Positions 13,713 through 25,190 of a stretch of DNA of 64,000 nucleotides are shown one piece after another (position 1 is the stretch's first letter; the number at the start of each line of letters is the position of its first letter). Below the pieces are notes generated by a model. The model saw only the letters and a program-made list of their open reading frames with translations, ran no database searches and was not told the origin of the DNA. Source of the stretch: Squalus acanthias (Eukaryota); the NCBI GenBank assembly GCA_030390025.1, contig CM059425.1:163434001-163498000 (forward strand), in the 5' to 3' direction. A program made the position numbers and the translations under genes.

Positions 13713-13871
13713 CTCCTGGGGGATTCAGAGGTAACGGTCCTCCTACTTTTTTGTTGGAAGATGAATTTTGAGCACATGTATAATTTTATAAATATATTGA
13801 GGTTCAGAGAACATGCGTAGACATCACGCTTGCCGTCATGATACCATTGAACCCCTCTCTCCCACATGTAT

Positions 13872-16800
13872 TTAGAGTTATAGAGTCATAACGGCACAGA
13901 AGGAAGCCATTTGGTCCATCGAGTCCGTGCCGGCTCTCTGTAGAGCAATCTAGTCAGTCCTATTCCCCCGCTCTATCCCCGTAGCCCTGCAAGTTTATTT
14001 CCCTCAAGTGCCTATCCAGTCTCCCCTTGAAAACATTGAGTGTCTCCGCTTCCACCACTTCCATCGGCAGCGAGTTCCAGGTCCTCACCACTCACTGAGT
14101 AAAATTTTTTTTCCTCACATCCCCCCTGTATCTCTTGCCCAAAACCTTAAATCTGTGTCCCCTAGTCCTTGTACCATCAACTAGTGGGAACAGCCTTTCC
14201 CTGTCTAGCCTATCCAAACCCGTCATAATCTTGTACACCTCTATCAAATCACCCCTCAAACTCCTTTGCTCTAATGAAAACAAATCCAGCTTCTCCAACC
14301 TGTCCTTGTAGCTAAGATACCCCATCCCCGGAACCATTCTGGTAAATCTCCTCTGCACCCTCTCAAAGTGCCTTCACATCCTTCCTAAAGTGTGGTGACC
14401 AGAACTGGATGCAATACTCCAGTTGTGGTCTAACCAGCGCTTTATAAATGTTCAGCATAACTTCTCTACTTTTGTACTCAATACCTCTATTTATGAAGCC
14501 CAAGATCCCATATGCTTTGTTAACCACTCTCTCAATATGTCCTGCCACCTTCAGGGACATTAACTCCCAGGTCCCTTTGTCCCTGCACACACTTTAAAAC
14601 TGTGCCATTAAGTGTATATTGCCTCTCCCTGTTCCTTCTGTCAAAATGCATCACCTCACACTTCTCTGTATTAAATTCCATCTGCCACTTGTCTGCCCAT
14701 TCTGCTAGCCTTTCTATGTCCTGTTGCAGTGGATTGGTATCATCATCACTGTTTGCCACACCCCCAAGTTTGGTGTCATCGGCAAATTTAGAAATTCTAC
14801 TCTGTATTCCAATATCCAGGTCATTTATATATATATCAAATAATACAGTGGCCTCAGCACTGACCCTTAGGGAACACCACTGTCTACCATCCTCCAGTCT
14901 GAAAAACAGCCATTTACCACAATTCGCTGTTTTCTGCCCTTAAGCCAATTCCTTATCGAAGCTGCCACTAACCCACCTATTCCATGAGCCTCAATTTTGT
15001 TAACCAGCCTTCTATGAGGTACTTTGTCAAATGCCTTCTGAAAATCCATGTAGACAGCATCCATTGCATTCCCTTCATCAATCCTCTCTGTTACTTCATC
15101 AAAAAATTCAATTAGATTCGTCAAACACGATCTGCCTTTTACAAATAAGAACATAAGAACATAAGAAACAGGAGCAGGAGTAGGCCAATCGGCCCCTCGA
15201 GCCTGCTCCGCCATTCAATAAGATCATGGCTGATCCAATCTTGGCCTCAACACCACTTTCCCGCTCTCTCCCCATACCCCTTGACTCCCTTGTAGTTCAA
15301 ATGTCTGTCAATCTCCGCCTTGAATATATTCAATGACTCCACCTCCACAGCTCTCCGGGGTAGAGAATTCCAAAGATTCACGACCCTCTGAGAGAAGAAA
15401 TTTCTCCTCATCTCCGTCTTAAATGGGCGACCCCTTATTCTGAAGCTATGCCCCTAGTTCTAGATACCCCCACTAGGGGAAATATCCTCTCAGCATCCAC
15501 CCTGTCAATCCCCCTCAGAATCTTATGTGTTTCAATAAGATCACCTCTCATTCTTCTAAACTCCAATGAGTATAGGCCCAACCTGCTCAAACTTTTGGCA
15601 TACGTCAACCCCTTCATCCCAGGAATCAACCTAGTGAACCTTCTCTGCACTGCCTCCAATGCAAGTATATCCTTCCCTAAATATGGAGACCAAAACTGTA
15701 TGCAGTACTCCAGGTGCGGTCTCACCAGCGCCCTGTAAAGTTGCATCAAAACTTCCCTACTTTTATACTCCATACCCCTTGCAATAAAGGCCAACATTCC
15801 ATTAGCCTTCCTAATTACTCGCTGTACCTGCATGCTAACTTTTTGTGTTTCATGTACGAGGACCCCCAGATCCCTTTGTACTGCAGCATTTTGTAGTCTC
15901 ACTCCATTTAAATAATAATTTGCTTTTTCATTCTTCCTTCCAAAGTGGATGACCTCACATTTTCCCACATTATACTCCATCTGCCAAATTTTTGCCCACT
16001 CACTTAACCTATCTATATCCCTTTGCAGACTCTTTGTGTCCTCCTCACAACATGCTAACCCACCTCTCTTTGTATCATCAGCAAATTTGGCTACAGTACA
16101 CTCGGTCCCTTCATCCAAGTCATTAATATAAATTGTAAATAGTTGAGGCCCCAGCACTGATCCCTGTGGCACCCCACTAGTTACTGGTTGCCAACCGGAA
16201 AATGACCCATTTATCCCGACTGTCTGTTTTCTGTTAGTTAGCCACTCCCCTATCCATGCCAATATATTACCCCCAACCCTGTGTGCTCTTATCTTGTGCA
16301 GTAACCTTTTATGTGGCACCTTATCGAATGCCTTATGGAAATCCAAATACACTACATCTACTGGTTCCCCTTTATCCACCCTGTTTGTTATATCCTCAAA
16401 GAACTCCAGAAAATTTGTCAAACACGCTTTCCCTTTCATAAAACCATGTTGACTCTGCCTGATTGTCTTATGTTTTTCTAAATGTCCTGCTATTACCTCC
16501 TTAATAATGGATTCCAGCATTTTCCCAAAGACAGATGTTAGGCTAACTGGCCTATAGTTTCCTGCTTTCTCTCTCCCTCCTTTCTTGAATAGTGGTGTTA
16601 TATTTGCGGTTTTCCAATCCGCTGGGACCTCTCCAGAATCCAGGGAATTTTGGTAGATTACACCCAACTCATCCACTATCTCTGCAGCCACTTCTTTTAA
16701 AACCCTAGGATGCAGGCCATCAGGTCCAGGGGACTTGTCGGCCTTTAGTCCCATAAGTTTGCCTAGTACTTTTTCTCTAGTAATAGAGATTGTTTTAAGT

Positions 16801-18695
16801 TCCTCCCTCCCTATAACCCCTTGATTATCTATTATTATTGGGAAGTTTTTAAGTGTCTTCTACCGTGAAGACCAATCCAAAATAATTGTTTAGAGTCTCT
16901 GCCATTTCTCTATTTCCAATTAATTCCCCAGTCTCATCCTCTAAGGGACCAACGTTTACTTTAGCTACTCTCTTCCTTTTTATATACCTGTAGAAGCTCT
17001 TACTGTCTGTTTTTATATTATTTGCTAGTTTACTCTCATACTCTATCTTCTCCCTCTTTATAATTTTTTTAGTCATCCTTTGCTGGTTTCTAAAAATTCC
17101 CCAATCCTCTGGCCTACCACTAATCTTTGCACCATTGCATGCCTTTTCTTTCAATTTGATACCATCCTTAGTTAGCCATGGATGGTGCATCCTTCTCATA
17201 GAGCCTTTCTTTCTCACTGGAATATACCTTTGCTGAGATTTATGAAATATCTCCCTAAATATCTGCCACTGCTGATCTACCATCTTACCCTTTAATCTAT
17301 TTTCCCAGTCCACTTTGCCAACTCTGTCCTCATACCCTTGTAATTGCCTTTATTTAAGTTTAGGACACTAGTTTCAGACCCAAGTTTCTCACCCTCAAAC
17401 TAAATTTAAAATTCTACCATGCTATGATCACTCTTTCCTAGGGGATCCTTTACTATGAGATAATTAATTAATCCTGTCTCATTACACATTACCAGATCTA
17501 AAATAGCCTGCTCCCTGGTTGGTTCCTCAATGTATTGCTCTAAGAAACCATCTCGAATACACTCTATGAACTCGTCCTCAAGGCTACCCTTGCCAATTTG
17601 ATTTGTCCAATCTATATGATGATTAAAATCGCCCATGATTATTAAATCCGTGTTGGCTCTCCTTAATTAGCTTAAACCTCTCCAAGGGCTCATTAATTTT
17701 TTCCTTGATTATTGTTTCTAAAACTTTACCCACCACTGATGTTAAACTGCCCGGCCTGTAGTTACTGGGATTGTCCTTACACCCTTTCTTGAACAATGGT
17801 GTCACATTTGCCACTTTCCAATCCTCAAGCACCTCCCCCGCATCTAGGGAAGATTGGAAAATTATGGCAAGCCCTTCCACTATCTCCTCCCCCAATTCCC
17901 TTAGCAACCTGGGATGCAAGCCATCTGGACCAGGAGACTTGTCCACTCTAAGCATACCCAGCCTTTCTAATACATCCTGTCTATCAATTTTCACCCCTTC
18001 CATTGCTTCTACCTTTTCCACTTCTACCAATATTTTGTCAGCATCCACCTCCTTAGTAAACACCGATACAAAGTACTCATTGAGTATTCTAGCCTTGCCT
18101 TGCACCTCTAAGCATATATCACCTTCTTTGTCTTGAATAGGCCCCACCCCGCCTCTTACTACCCGCTTACTGTTTACAGGCTGGTAGAAGATTTTTGGGT
18201 TCCCTTTTATGTTAACCGCCATTCTACTCTCATATTTTCTCTTTGCCAATCTTATTTTCATCTTCACATCCCCTCTCAACTTATTGTATTTGGTCTGGTT
18301 CTCCCTTGAAGAATTCACCTGACATGCATCATACACCCTCTTTTTTTGTTTCATCATCTTCTCTATCTCCCTCGTCATCCAAGAAGCCCTTACACTTTGG
18401 TTCCCTTACCCATCCCTCTTGTTGGAATGTACCTAGCCTGTACTTGGAACATTTCCTCCTTAAAGATCACCCATTGTTCCATTACAGTTTTTCCTGTCAA
18501 TCTTTGGTTCCATTTTACCCTGGCTAGATCCTTTCGCATCCCATTGAAGTTAGCCCTGTTCTAGTTTGGAAGTTCCACTCTAGATTGTTCCTTGCTCCTC
18601 TCCATTGCTAATCTAAATCTTATGATACGATGATCACTCCTACCGAAGTGTTCTCCCACAGACACTTGGTCGACCTGGCCAACCTCATTCCCCAT
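13872..18695 (-). mobile_element. Older CR1 LINE in two parts (13872-15146 and 17644-18695), split by a younger CR1
   Basis: Frameshifted RT fragments (14092-15145, 17644-18378); ...QHGF | VKGRSCLTNL rejoins across the insertion; tail tagagttatagagtcata. Confidence 0.9.
15147..17643 (-). mobile_element. Younger 5'-truncated CR1 LINE with open 439-aa RT segment
   Basis: ORF 15435-16754 contains all RT motifs; (aagaacat)n tail at 15147-15167; possible AAAT duplication at 15143-15146 and 17644-17647. Confidence 0.95.
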
Positions 18696-19229
18696 TTATA
18701 GAATGTAAGTTATCCCATTGCTGGTGTATTTGGTAGGAGCACTGGGAACCTGTCATAACAACAGCATTTGTTGGGCTACATTGGTGGACTGTGTCAGGCC
18801 CTGCACCTATGGTGGAATGAGTACTTTGGAGAGAAAAAATTAAAAATAAAACTATCTGCAACAATAAAAGTGCTGATGTTCAATTGCTGTTGTGTTATTC
18901 ACTCAGGTCACCAGTTTTAAACAATGGTGTTAACTGACAGCCGCCAGCTGTCCTGTGTGCACACGTTAAAGGACACGTAGGGTATATTGATCCAAGGACG
19001 CTGCCACCATTGTCATTTCTTTTACCCTTACAAATGTCCCGATTGCTGATGAAACCGCTCTCTCTTGTTATTTACATAATCGATTAGCTTCACTATTATT
19101 CCCCTTGTTTGATTCAGGGCTGAGTTGTAGCCGGGACTCGGCAGTCGATGTCTGGGAGATAAATCTTGTGGCCGCTGAGATTGCATTAGTGTTTTGTGAA
19201 GGGATTTAAATCTAATGTTTCTGCCTGAT

Positions 19230-19300
19230 GAGCTTCACTGACGTCAGGACTCGGAAGCCTCTGACTGGACCGGGGCTTGTGGATATATTAAAAAAAAAAC
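19230..19300 (+). promoter_or_regulatory. Putative RHOBTB3 core promoter: CRE palindrome, ETS-like site and TATA-like box at the edge of a CpG-rich region (~19100-20230)
   Basis: CTGACGTCAG at 19238-19247 (CRE TGACGTCA), CGGAAG at 19252, TATATTAAAA from 19284; lies ~300 nt upstream of the exon 1 donor in locally CpG-rich non-repeat sequence. TSS (~19315) is inferred. Confidence 0.6.
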
Positions 19301-19585
19301 CTGTCCGCTCCACAGTTGATCGCTGACTCTGCCAGACATGCCCAACAATAACAGTTATCTTCTCGGCTAATAACAAGCACACGGGGCAGGGAGGTGAAAC
19401 TGACGAGGAGAGTAAAGTTCAGCGCCTCCTCGCCCTGGCTGCTGCTGGATTTTACGCTCTCTAGTCGGGACAAAGAGCCACAGCGGCTTTACTTGTAGTT
19501 TCTTTGTTTCTCGGATCGGAAGAACTATGAACAAATCGCGCCGTTTGCTCCCCGCTTTTGTTAAGCTGCCGAGACAACATTGATC

Positions 19586-19587
19586 AT
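19586..19587 (+). CDS. RHOBTB3: RHOBTB3 exon 1 coding part: only 'AT' of the start codon
   Basis: tgatcAT|gtaagt, a consensus donor; joined to the first G of exon 2 it gives ATG TCG GTT CGT ATC GTG GCT CTG GGG AAC GAG = MSVRIVALGNE, matching the recalled human start MSIHIVALGNE. Confidence 0.85.
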
Positions 19588-19788
19588 GTAAGTTGCACAC
19601 GCCGGTTCGGTAATGGTCAGTGTTTCTTTTTGGTTCAGTCCGATTCGGTGCGAAAGTCAGCCTGGATAGATTGATCTCAGGAAAAGACAGCACAAAGCCG
19701 CAAAGAGCTGCGTGCCCCGTATTGCACGGGAGTATTTGCAGGCTGGTGCTAATCCATTGACTGTGTGTGTAACTTCTTACTTGTTTAG

Positions 19789-20014
19789 GTCGGTTCGTAT
19801 CGTGGCTCTGGGGAACGAGAAAGCGGGCTTTGAAGAAAGCTTGCAGCAGCCGGATCTGATCACCACCTATTTCGGCAGACATGCCATTATTCGGCACATT
19901 GAAGAGAGGCGGTTGCTAAGCTTTGCCACCCACATCACATTTCCTCCCTTCGTCGAGTACCAAGCTTATGTCTTCGGCAGAATCCGAGTGCTGATTCACG
20001 ACTGTCCCAATTGG
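19789..20014 (+). CDS. RHOBTB3: RHOBTB3 exon 2 (226 nt), N-terminal part of the atypical Rho-like domain
   Basis: Acceptor ttgtttag|G, donor TGG|gtaagg. Translation SVRIVALGNEKAGFEESLQQPDLITTYFGR...PPFVEYQAYVFGRIRVLIHDCPNW is colinear with recalled human SIHIVALGNE...LIRTYLGR...PVFTEYQASAFGNVKLVVHDCPVW. Confidence 0.95.
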
Positions 20015-20984
20015 GTAAGGGAACAAGTTTCATGATCTACCAACCCCCTTTGGTCTTACAGAATGCGGCTCGCTTAGGATCACCTGAAATTTAAAAACGC
20101 CATGTAATTCCTCTGCAGCCGACCCCTATCAGATCACCCCCCGCCCCCTTAAGATCAATAGTGTCCCCTTTCTGCTTTGGGAAGTTCAGTTGATCATCTA
20201 TTGAAGAGACAGTGAGAACGCGCGGCTTTAAAGTTTGCAATTTCAAAGAATGCGATTTTATTAGAAGCTCGTTAATTGTGTAGAAGAACAAACATTCTCC
20301 CATCTGTCTTACTTTTGAAACATTTATTTGCATAACCTCTCAAACATGTTACATATTGTCCATATATATATATATATACACACACACGTCTTGTGCCCAG
20401 CACATGGCCATGACATCTCAAGTGCTAACACAAATCATAACGCGACCATTTGTAGGTTTTTTAAAAAGGAAAAGAAAGCCAGTCATTTCCTGCTGATTTT
20501 CCTGGCCTCTCCTCCAGGCCATCAAGCCAGGATTTATAAGGAGCTGCCAATCTACAGAAACTTCCCATAACAATTAGTCTTTAATTGATCTCAGAGTCAG
20601 GTGCCCTCCCCATCGAGTACCTGTACTGTGGCATAAAAAGGTCATGCCAGGGTGAACTGAACTCCATCTTAGAAGATAAATATCACAACTGTGCTTCAGA
20701 TCCTAAACTGCATGTGAGCAATGCCATGGGAGATCAGCTACTAATATATTTTGCCATAATACACTTTTTCACGTTAACAAGATTTCAGTTCTGGACACTT
20801 AAAGGAACTTTCCTTCAGCAATTAGCTCCCAGAGATTGAAATTACTATTAAAGTATTTTCAAATTAACATCCCGAATTAGTTTAATATTCACAAAAATAT
20901 TAAAGTCTCGACTGTAAAGCTATAAAAGGTAATAAAAGTAACAGTTTCCTCCATGTATATTATTGGTTATATATTTCCATATAC

Positions 20985-21385
20985 AGTGATAGCACTCTCG
21001 CCTCTGGGTCAGAAGGTTGTGGGTTCAAGTCCCACTCCAGGGACTTGAGCACAAAAATCTAGGCTGACACTCCACTGCAGTACTGAGGGGGTGCTGTACA
21101 GTCGGAGGTGCCATCTTTCGGGTGAGACGTTAAACCGAGGCCCTGTCACCCCTCTCTGATGGATGTAAAAGATCCTATGGCACTATTTCTAAGAAGGGCA
21201 GGGGAGTTCTCCCTCAATCAACAGCACTAAAACAGATTATCTGGTCATTATCACATTGCTGTGTTTGGGAGCTTGCTGGCTGCTGCGTTTCCTATATTAC
21301 AACAGTGACTACACTTCAAAAAGTACTTCATTGGCTGTAAAGTGCTTTGGGAATTCCATATAAATGCAAGTCTTTCTTTTTATAT
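20985..21385 (+). mobile_element. Nearly full-length tRNA-derived Deu-domain SINE (SacSINE1-like) in RHOBTB3 intron 2
   Basis: B-box GGTTCAAGTCC at ~21022; core gagacgttaaaccgaggccc...gtaaaagatcctatggcactatt; L2-like tail ending tataaatgcaagtcttt. Family name is from recall. Confidence 0.8.
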
Positions 21386-22629
21386 ATATTCAGGAGGGCA
21401 AGTTGTGCTTTCCATGTAATTATAGTACAGACAGTGCTACTACGTATCCAGATCACTTGTTCTTGGGTAGTGACTATTTAGAAGTAAATCAATCAGAATG
21501 TACTGTACTGTTTTTGGAACTGCTAGGGGCAACTATTATTAGCTTGTGTTAATGAAGTGCGAGTTTCATGTAACAAACTGCAGGATCATTTCAATGACAG
21601 TCATTGTGCGAGTGTGTTATCCTATTAGCAACAAACATAGCTGGGCCTACTGGTGATCAAGCTTCCTTCCCGAAAGGGAAGTGTATAGATGTTAGGCAGT
21701 ATGTGAATGGAATATTACTTTTTTTGATGCACTGTTAAGGCTTGGCAGCTGGCACGCAGGTGGCTATCAGCTCTGGTAAGTGAGCACTTGGGATGATGAG
21801 CAGCACAGAATTCTGCTCACATGATCTTTCTTGGCAACAGTTTGAGCACGACACTTAGAAATGAAATGGGTAAAGCTCCGTCTCAGTGGAAACAACACAA
21901 AAGCCACAACATTTTAAAGAAATAGTTGAGAGCTGAAAATATACAATGAAATGTGAGGCAGCAGATGGTTGAATAACAGACATTTTCAAGAATTGGGCCA
22001 GTAGTAAGACCCTTGCATTATATCCAATGGTTAGTCACTATTATCATAATATAGAAGAATTAATTATGAGCATAAGGAAGTACTTTCAATGCATGCGGCC
22101 TCACCTTTAGTTTTTCTACTACCAACTTTAAACATTTTTTTTTATCTGGCATGAGAAATTTTAATTTTAATGCCCTCCTTATAGCTTCATGGGAGCTAAG
22201 CTCAACTACATTTCAAAACAGTTGACACCCATAGATCTCTACCAGCAGAAAAAAATGATACAGATCCCCATTGATTTAATGGAGCTGCTTAGAAAGAACT
22301 TAATTAACTGCATTTTGAAAATTTGAATAATTCAGTCACATTGGCCTTAAACGGCAAAGCTGTGATATCCTCATGAACATCTAGGAGGTTGCTAATTGAT
22401 ATAAATGGTCTTATCATGGTCTCAAAAATGTTCTCACAACTAACATTGAGCATACTGATCAGCCTAGACCATTCTTTACATTATTTTAAAACTAGATGTT
22501 AAGAAGGAAGCTCTTTCAGTGAACAAAAAGGCATTCAACTTAGTATTACGCTACTTCATTTAATTTTAGTGCAATAATCAAAGGTTGATTTGGCTGAGAG
22601 ACAGAGATTTTGAGCACTTTGTTTACACT

Positions 22630-23015
22630 TCAACATTTTTTATGTTTGTTCTCAAGATGTGGGTGACATTGGAAAGGCCACATTTATAGCCCATCTCCAG
22701 GTACTCTGAGAAGATGGTGATAGGCCTTTTCCTTGCACCCCCTTGCTACGCCACATCAGAGAAAATTAAGAGTCAATTATTTAGTATGGGACTGGAGTCA
22801 CGTGTAGGCCAGGCCAGATAGGGTGGAATGTCCCTGAACGACATTTGTCAACCAGTTGGTCTTTAACAACAATCCGCCAACTTTTCATGGTTATTTTATT
22901 CCTGGTGTCAGCCCATAAATTATTTGATTTTATTAAATTCATTTTCACAATGTGTTCTGATGGGATTTGAACTCACAACCCTCTGGGTTGCTAGTCCAGC
23001 TCCAAAACCATTACT
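22630..23015 (-). mobile_element. Decayed tRNA-derived SINE
   Basis: Minus-strand B-box-like GAGTTCAAATCC (~22962-22974) and body motifs (ctggagtcacgtgtaggccag) recalled from chondrichthyan SINEs; family not assigned. Confidence 0.55.
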
Positions 23016-24799
23016 TTACTGGACACTTTTAGCTCACATAGTACTGCCTTCAAGTTTAGATTTTGGCTTTGGACAGCCTGATTTTCAGATGACCTAATTC
23101 TGGAGAAAAACCTATCCCACTTCCCCACTAAAGATTGAATGATACATACACAGTAGACTGCATCATATACAATGGATCCTATGTCATTGGGACCAGTGGG
23201 AATTATGTAAGGCGTAGAGCAGGCCAGGGTGATAATGGGAATGTGAAGATGGATGAAAACTGGTGTTTTGCATAATTACCCTTGAGGAACAGAATATTAA
23301 TGCAGAACTTTCTTGTCGATAATAAACTTGGTGGGGTGGAGTCTGTGAGAGGGTAGATTGTACATGTTCTGTGGAGAAAGCAGGCTTGATGGGACAAATG
23401 CCCATGTTATTTGCCTTTATATGTTCCCTTTCTCCTCACTGCACTGCTGGGGATTGGATGGATGTACAGCCACCACTTTTGTAACCTAATCTCTCTTCCT
23501 CTAGCTTCCTTTATTTTAAGTACCAATAAACACTTTTCCATTGATTAACAGTATTTCATCAACAAGTAGCAGGCCTTTGCATTTACTTATAAAAGACACA
23601 ATGGGGAGCCCATTGCTAAATGAGGCATCAAACATCAGTAAATCAAGTACTATGATTGTATTATCCTAGCCAGTCTGCAAAACACTGACAAATTACAACA
23701 GTAAATTGTGCTTTGGTTTTTCTATAAATATATAGGAGGTCCAAGTGCAATCTCCACATCTGATAATGAAAATATAAGATAGAGTGCATATCAATTACAG
23801 TGATTTTCAGATCGCTCCTGCATTTTGAAAAATACATAGTCAGCACTCTTTGTTAGAAAGAGGCTTGGATTTATTTCCTCTGATGCTTATTTTTTCCTTC
23901 TCTTTCAGTATTTTGGCACTATCTTCATTCTTTTCTACTTCAGTGTTTCCTTTTCTTTTTCTGGTTGTTTGTCTCTTTGCAGCAGTTTTACTGGATTTAC
24001 TGGAATGGACTATGTTCTTGCAACTTCTGACCAGTACCTTAAATCATTGCACCAAGCACCATTAAGAACAGACACTTTCATTTTCTCTGACATTATCAAA
24101 GACTTTTATGTTGATGAGCTCCAAAAACTAGCAGTGTGTCTATACTCTTAAAGACCATGCTATATGTACTTGTTATAGAGGGAAAATAGAATCCCAGAAA
24201 GCAGTATGGCATTGTTTCATGCACTTAAAAAGCTCATGGCATCAGTCACCAGAAATAGTATGTTCAGGCAGGAGAAACCTCTTTTTACAACTTCGCAATA
24301 AAAGGAGGAGGGAAAAACAATAAAAGATCAGATGTGCTAATTACTTTCACAAAGCAATAGCCACAGGATTTAATAGCCCGTAAATTGATTTTAAAATGTT
24401 GGAAAGAGGTGTAAAGTTCTGCAAGCATTTCAGGCATTTGAAAGCACATTGGAAAGACTGAGGGTAAGCTAGATATGACTTCAAAATGGAAGGGAATGTA
24501 GCAGAATGTGTTTGGAGAAATCCAGCAGGAAAATTGGGCAGACAGTTAAGGTCTGAAGTTATTGGAGTCATTTGTGCAAACTCACTGATCCCGAGCTGCC
24601 AGCAGGAACCTGTGCTCAAGGAGAACTTGCATTATAGATTGGTCTACAACAATACAGAACCAATTTTCTGACCTGCTGCACTCCCCTTAACAGCGGTTCC
24701 CATCTGAGGGGGTAGGATTGGTGAATTTATCCTGAAGTTCACACCAGTGTGTTGAAGAGTGCTCAAGAGGAAGATGAGTTACTGATCCTGAAGTTTGTG

Positions 24800-25190
24800 T
24801 TGTCCTTGGTTCGGCACCACCTCGATTTTAAAATTCTCATTTTTGTTTTCAAATCCCTCCACAGCCTTGCTCGTTATCTCTGTAACCTCCTCCAGCCGTA
24901 CAACCCTCCGAGAACTCTGCACTCCTCCAATTCTGACCTCTTGCGCATCCCCGATTTTAATCGTTGCACCATTGGCAGCTATGCCTTCAGCTGCGTCGGC
25001 GCTCTGGAATTCCCTCCCTAAACCTCTCTCTCCTCCTTTAAGACGCTCCTTAAAACATACCTCTTTTCTGTCCTAATACCTCATTATGTGGCTCGGTGTT
25101 AAATTTTGTTTGATAACGCTCCTTTGTAGTGCCTTGGGACATTTTAGTACGTTAAAGGCGCTATATAAATACAAGTTGTGTTGTTGTTGG
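24800..25190 (+). mobile_element. L2-clade LINE 3' end
   Basis: LDFKILIFVFKSLHSLA.YLCNLLQPYNPPRTL.SS motif; ends ggcgctatataaatacaag(ttg)n; homologous to 12835-13250 in reverse. Confidence 0.85.

Noticed and set aside
19225..19260. CTGATGAG...CTCGGAAG as a hammerhead core in the promoter
   Set aside because: Lacks the GAAA box and a stem III; better explained as CRE/ETS promoter sequence.
19712..20035. 107-aa ORF as a single-exon gene
   Set aside because: Only 19789-20014 is coding (RHOBTB3 exon 2); the flanks are intronic read-through.
20985..21040. tRNA gene
   Set aside because: The B-box belongs to a SINE head; no complete cloverleaf.
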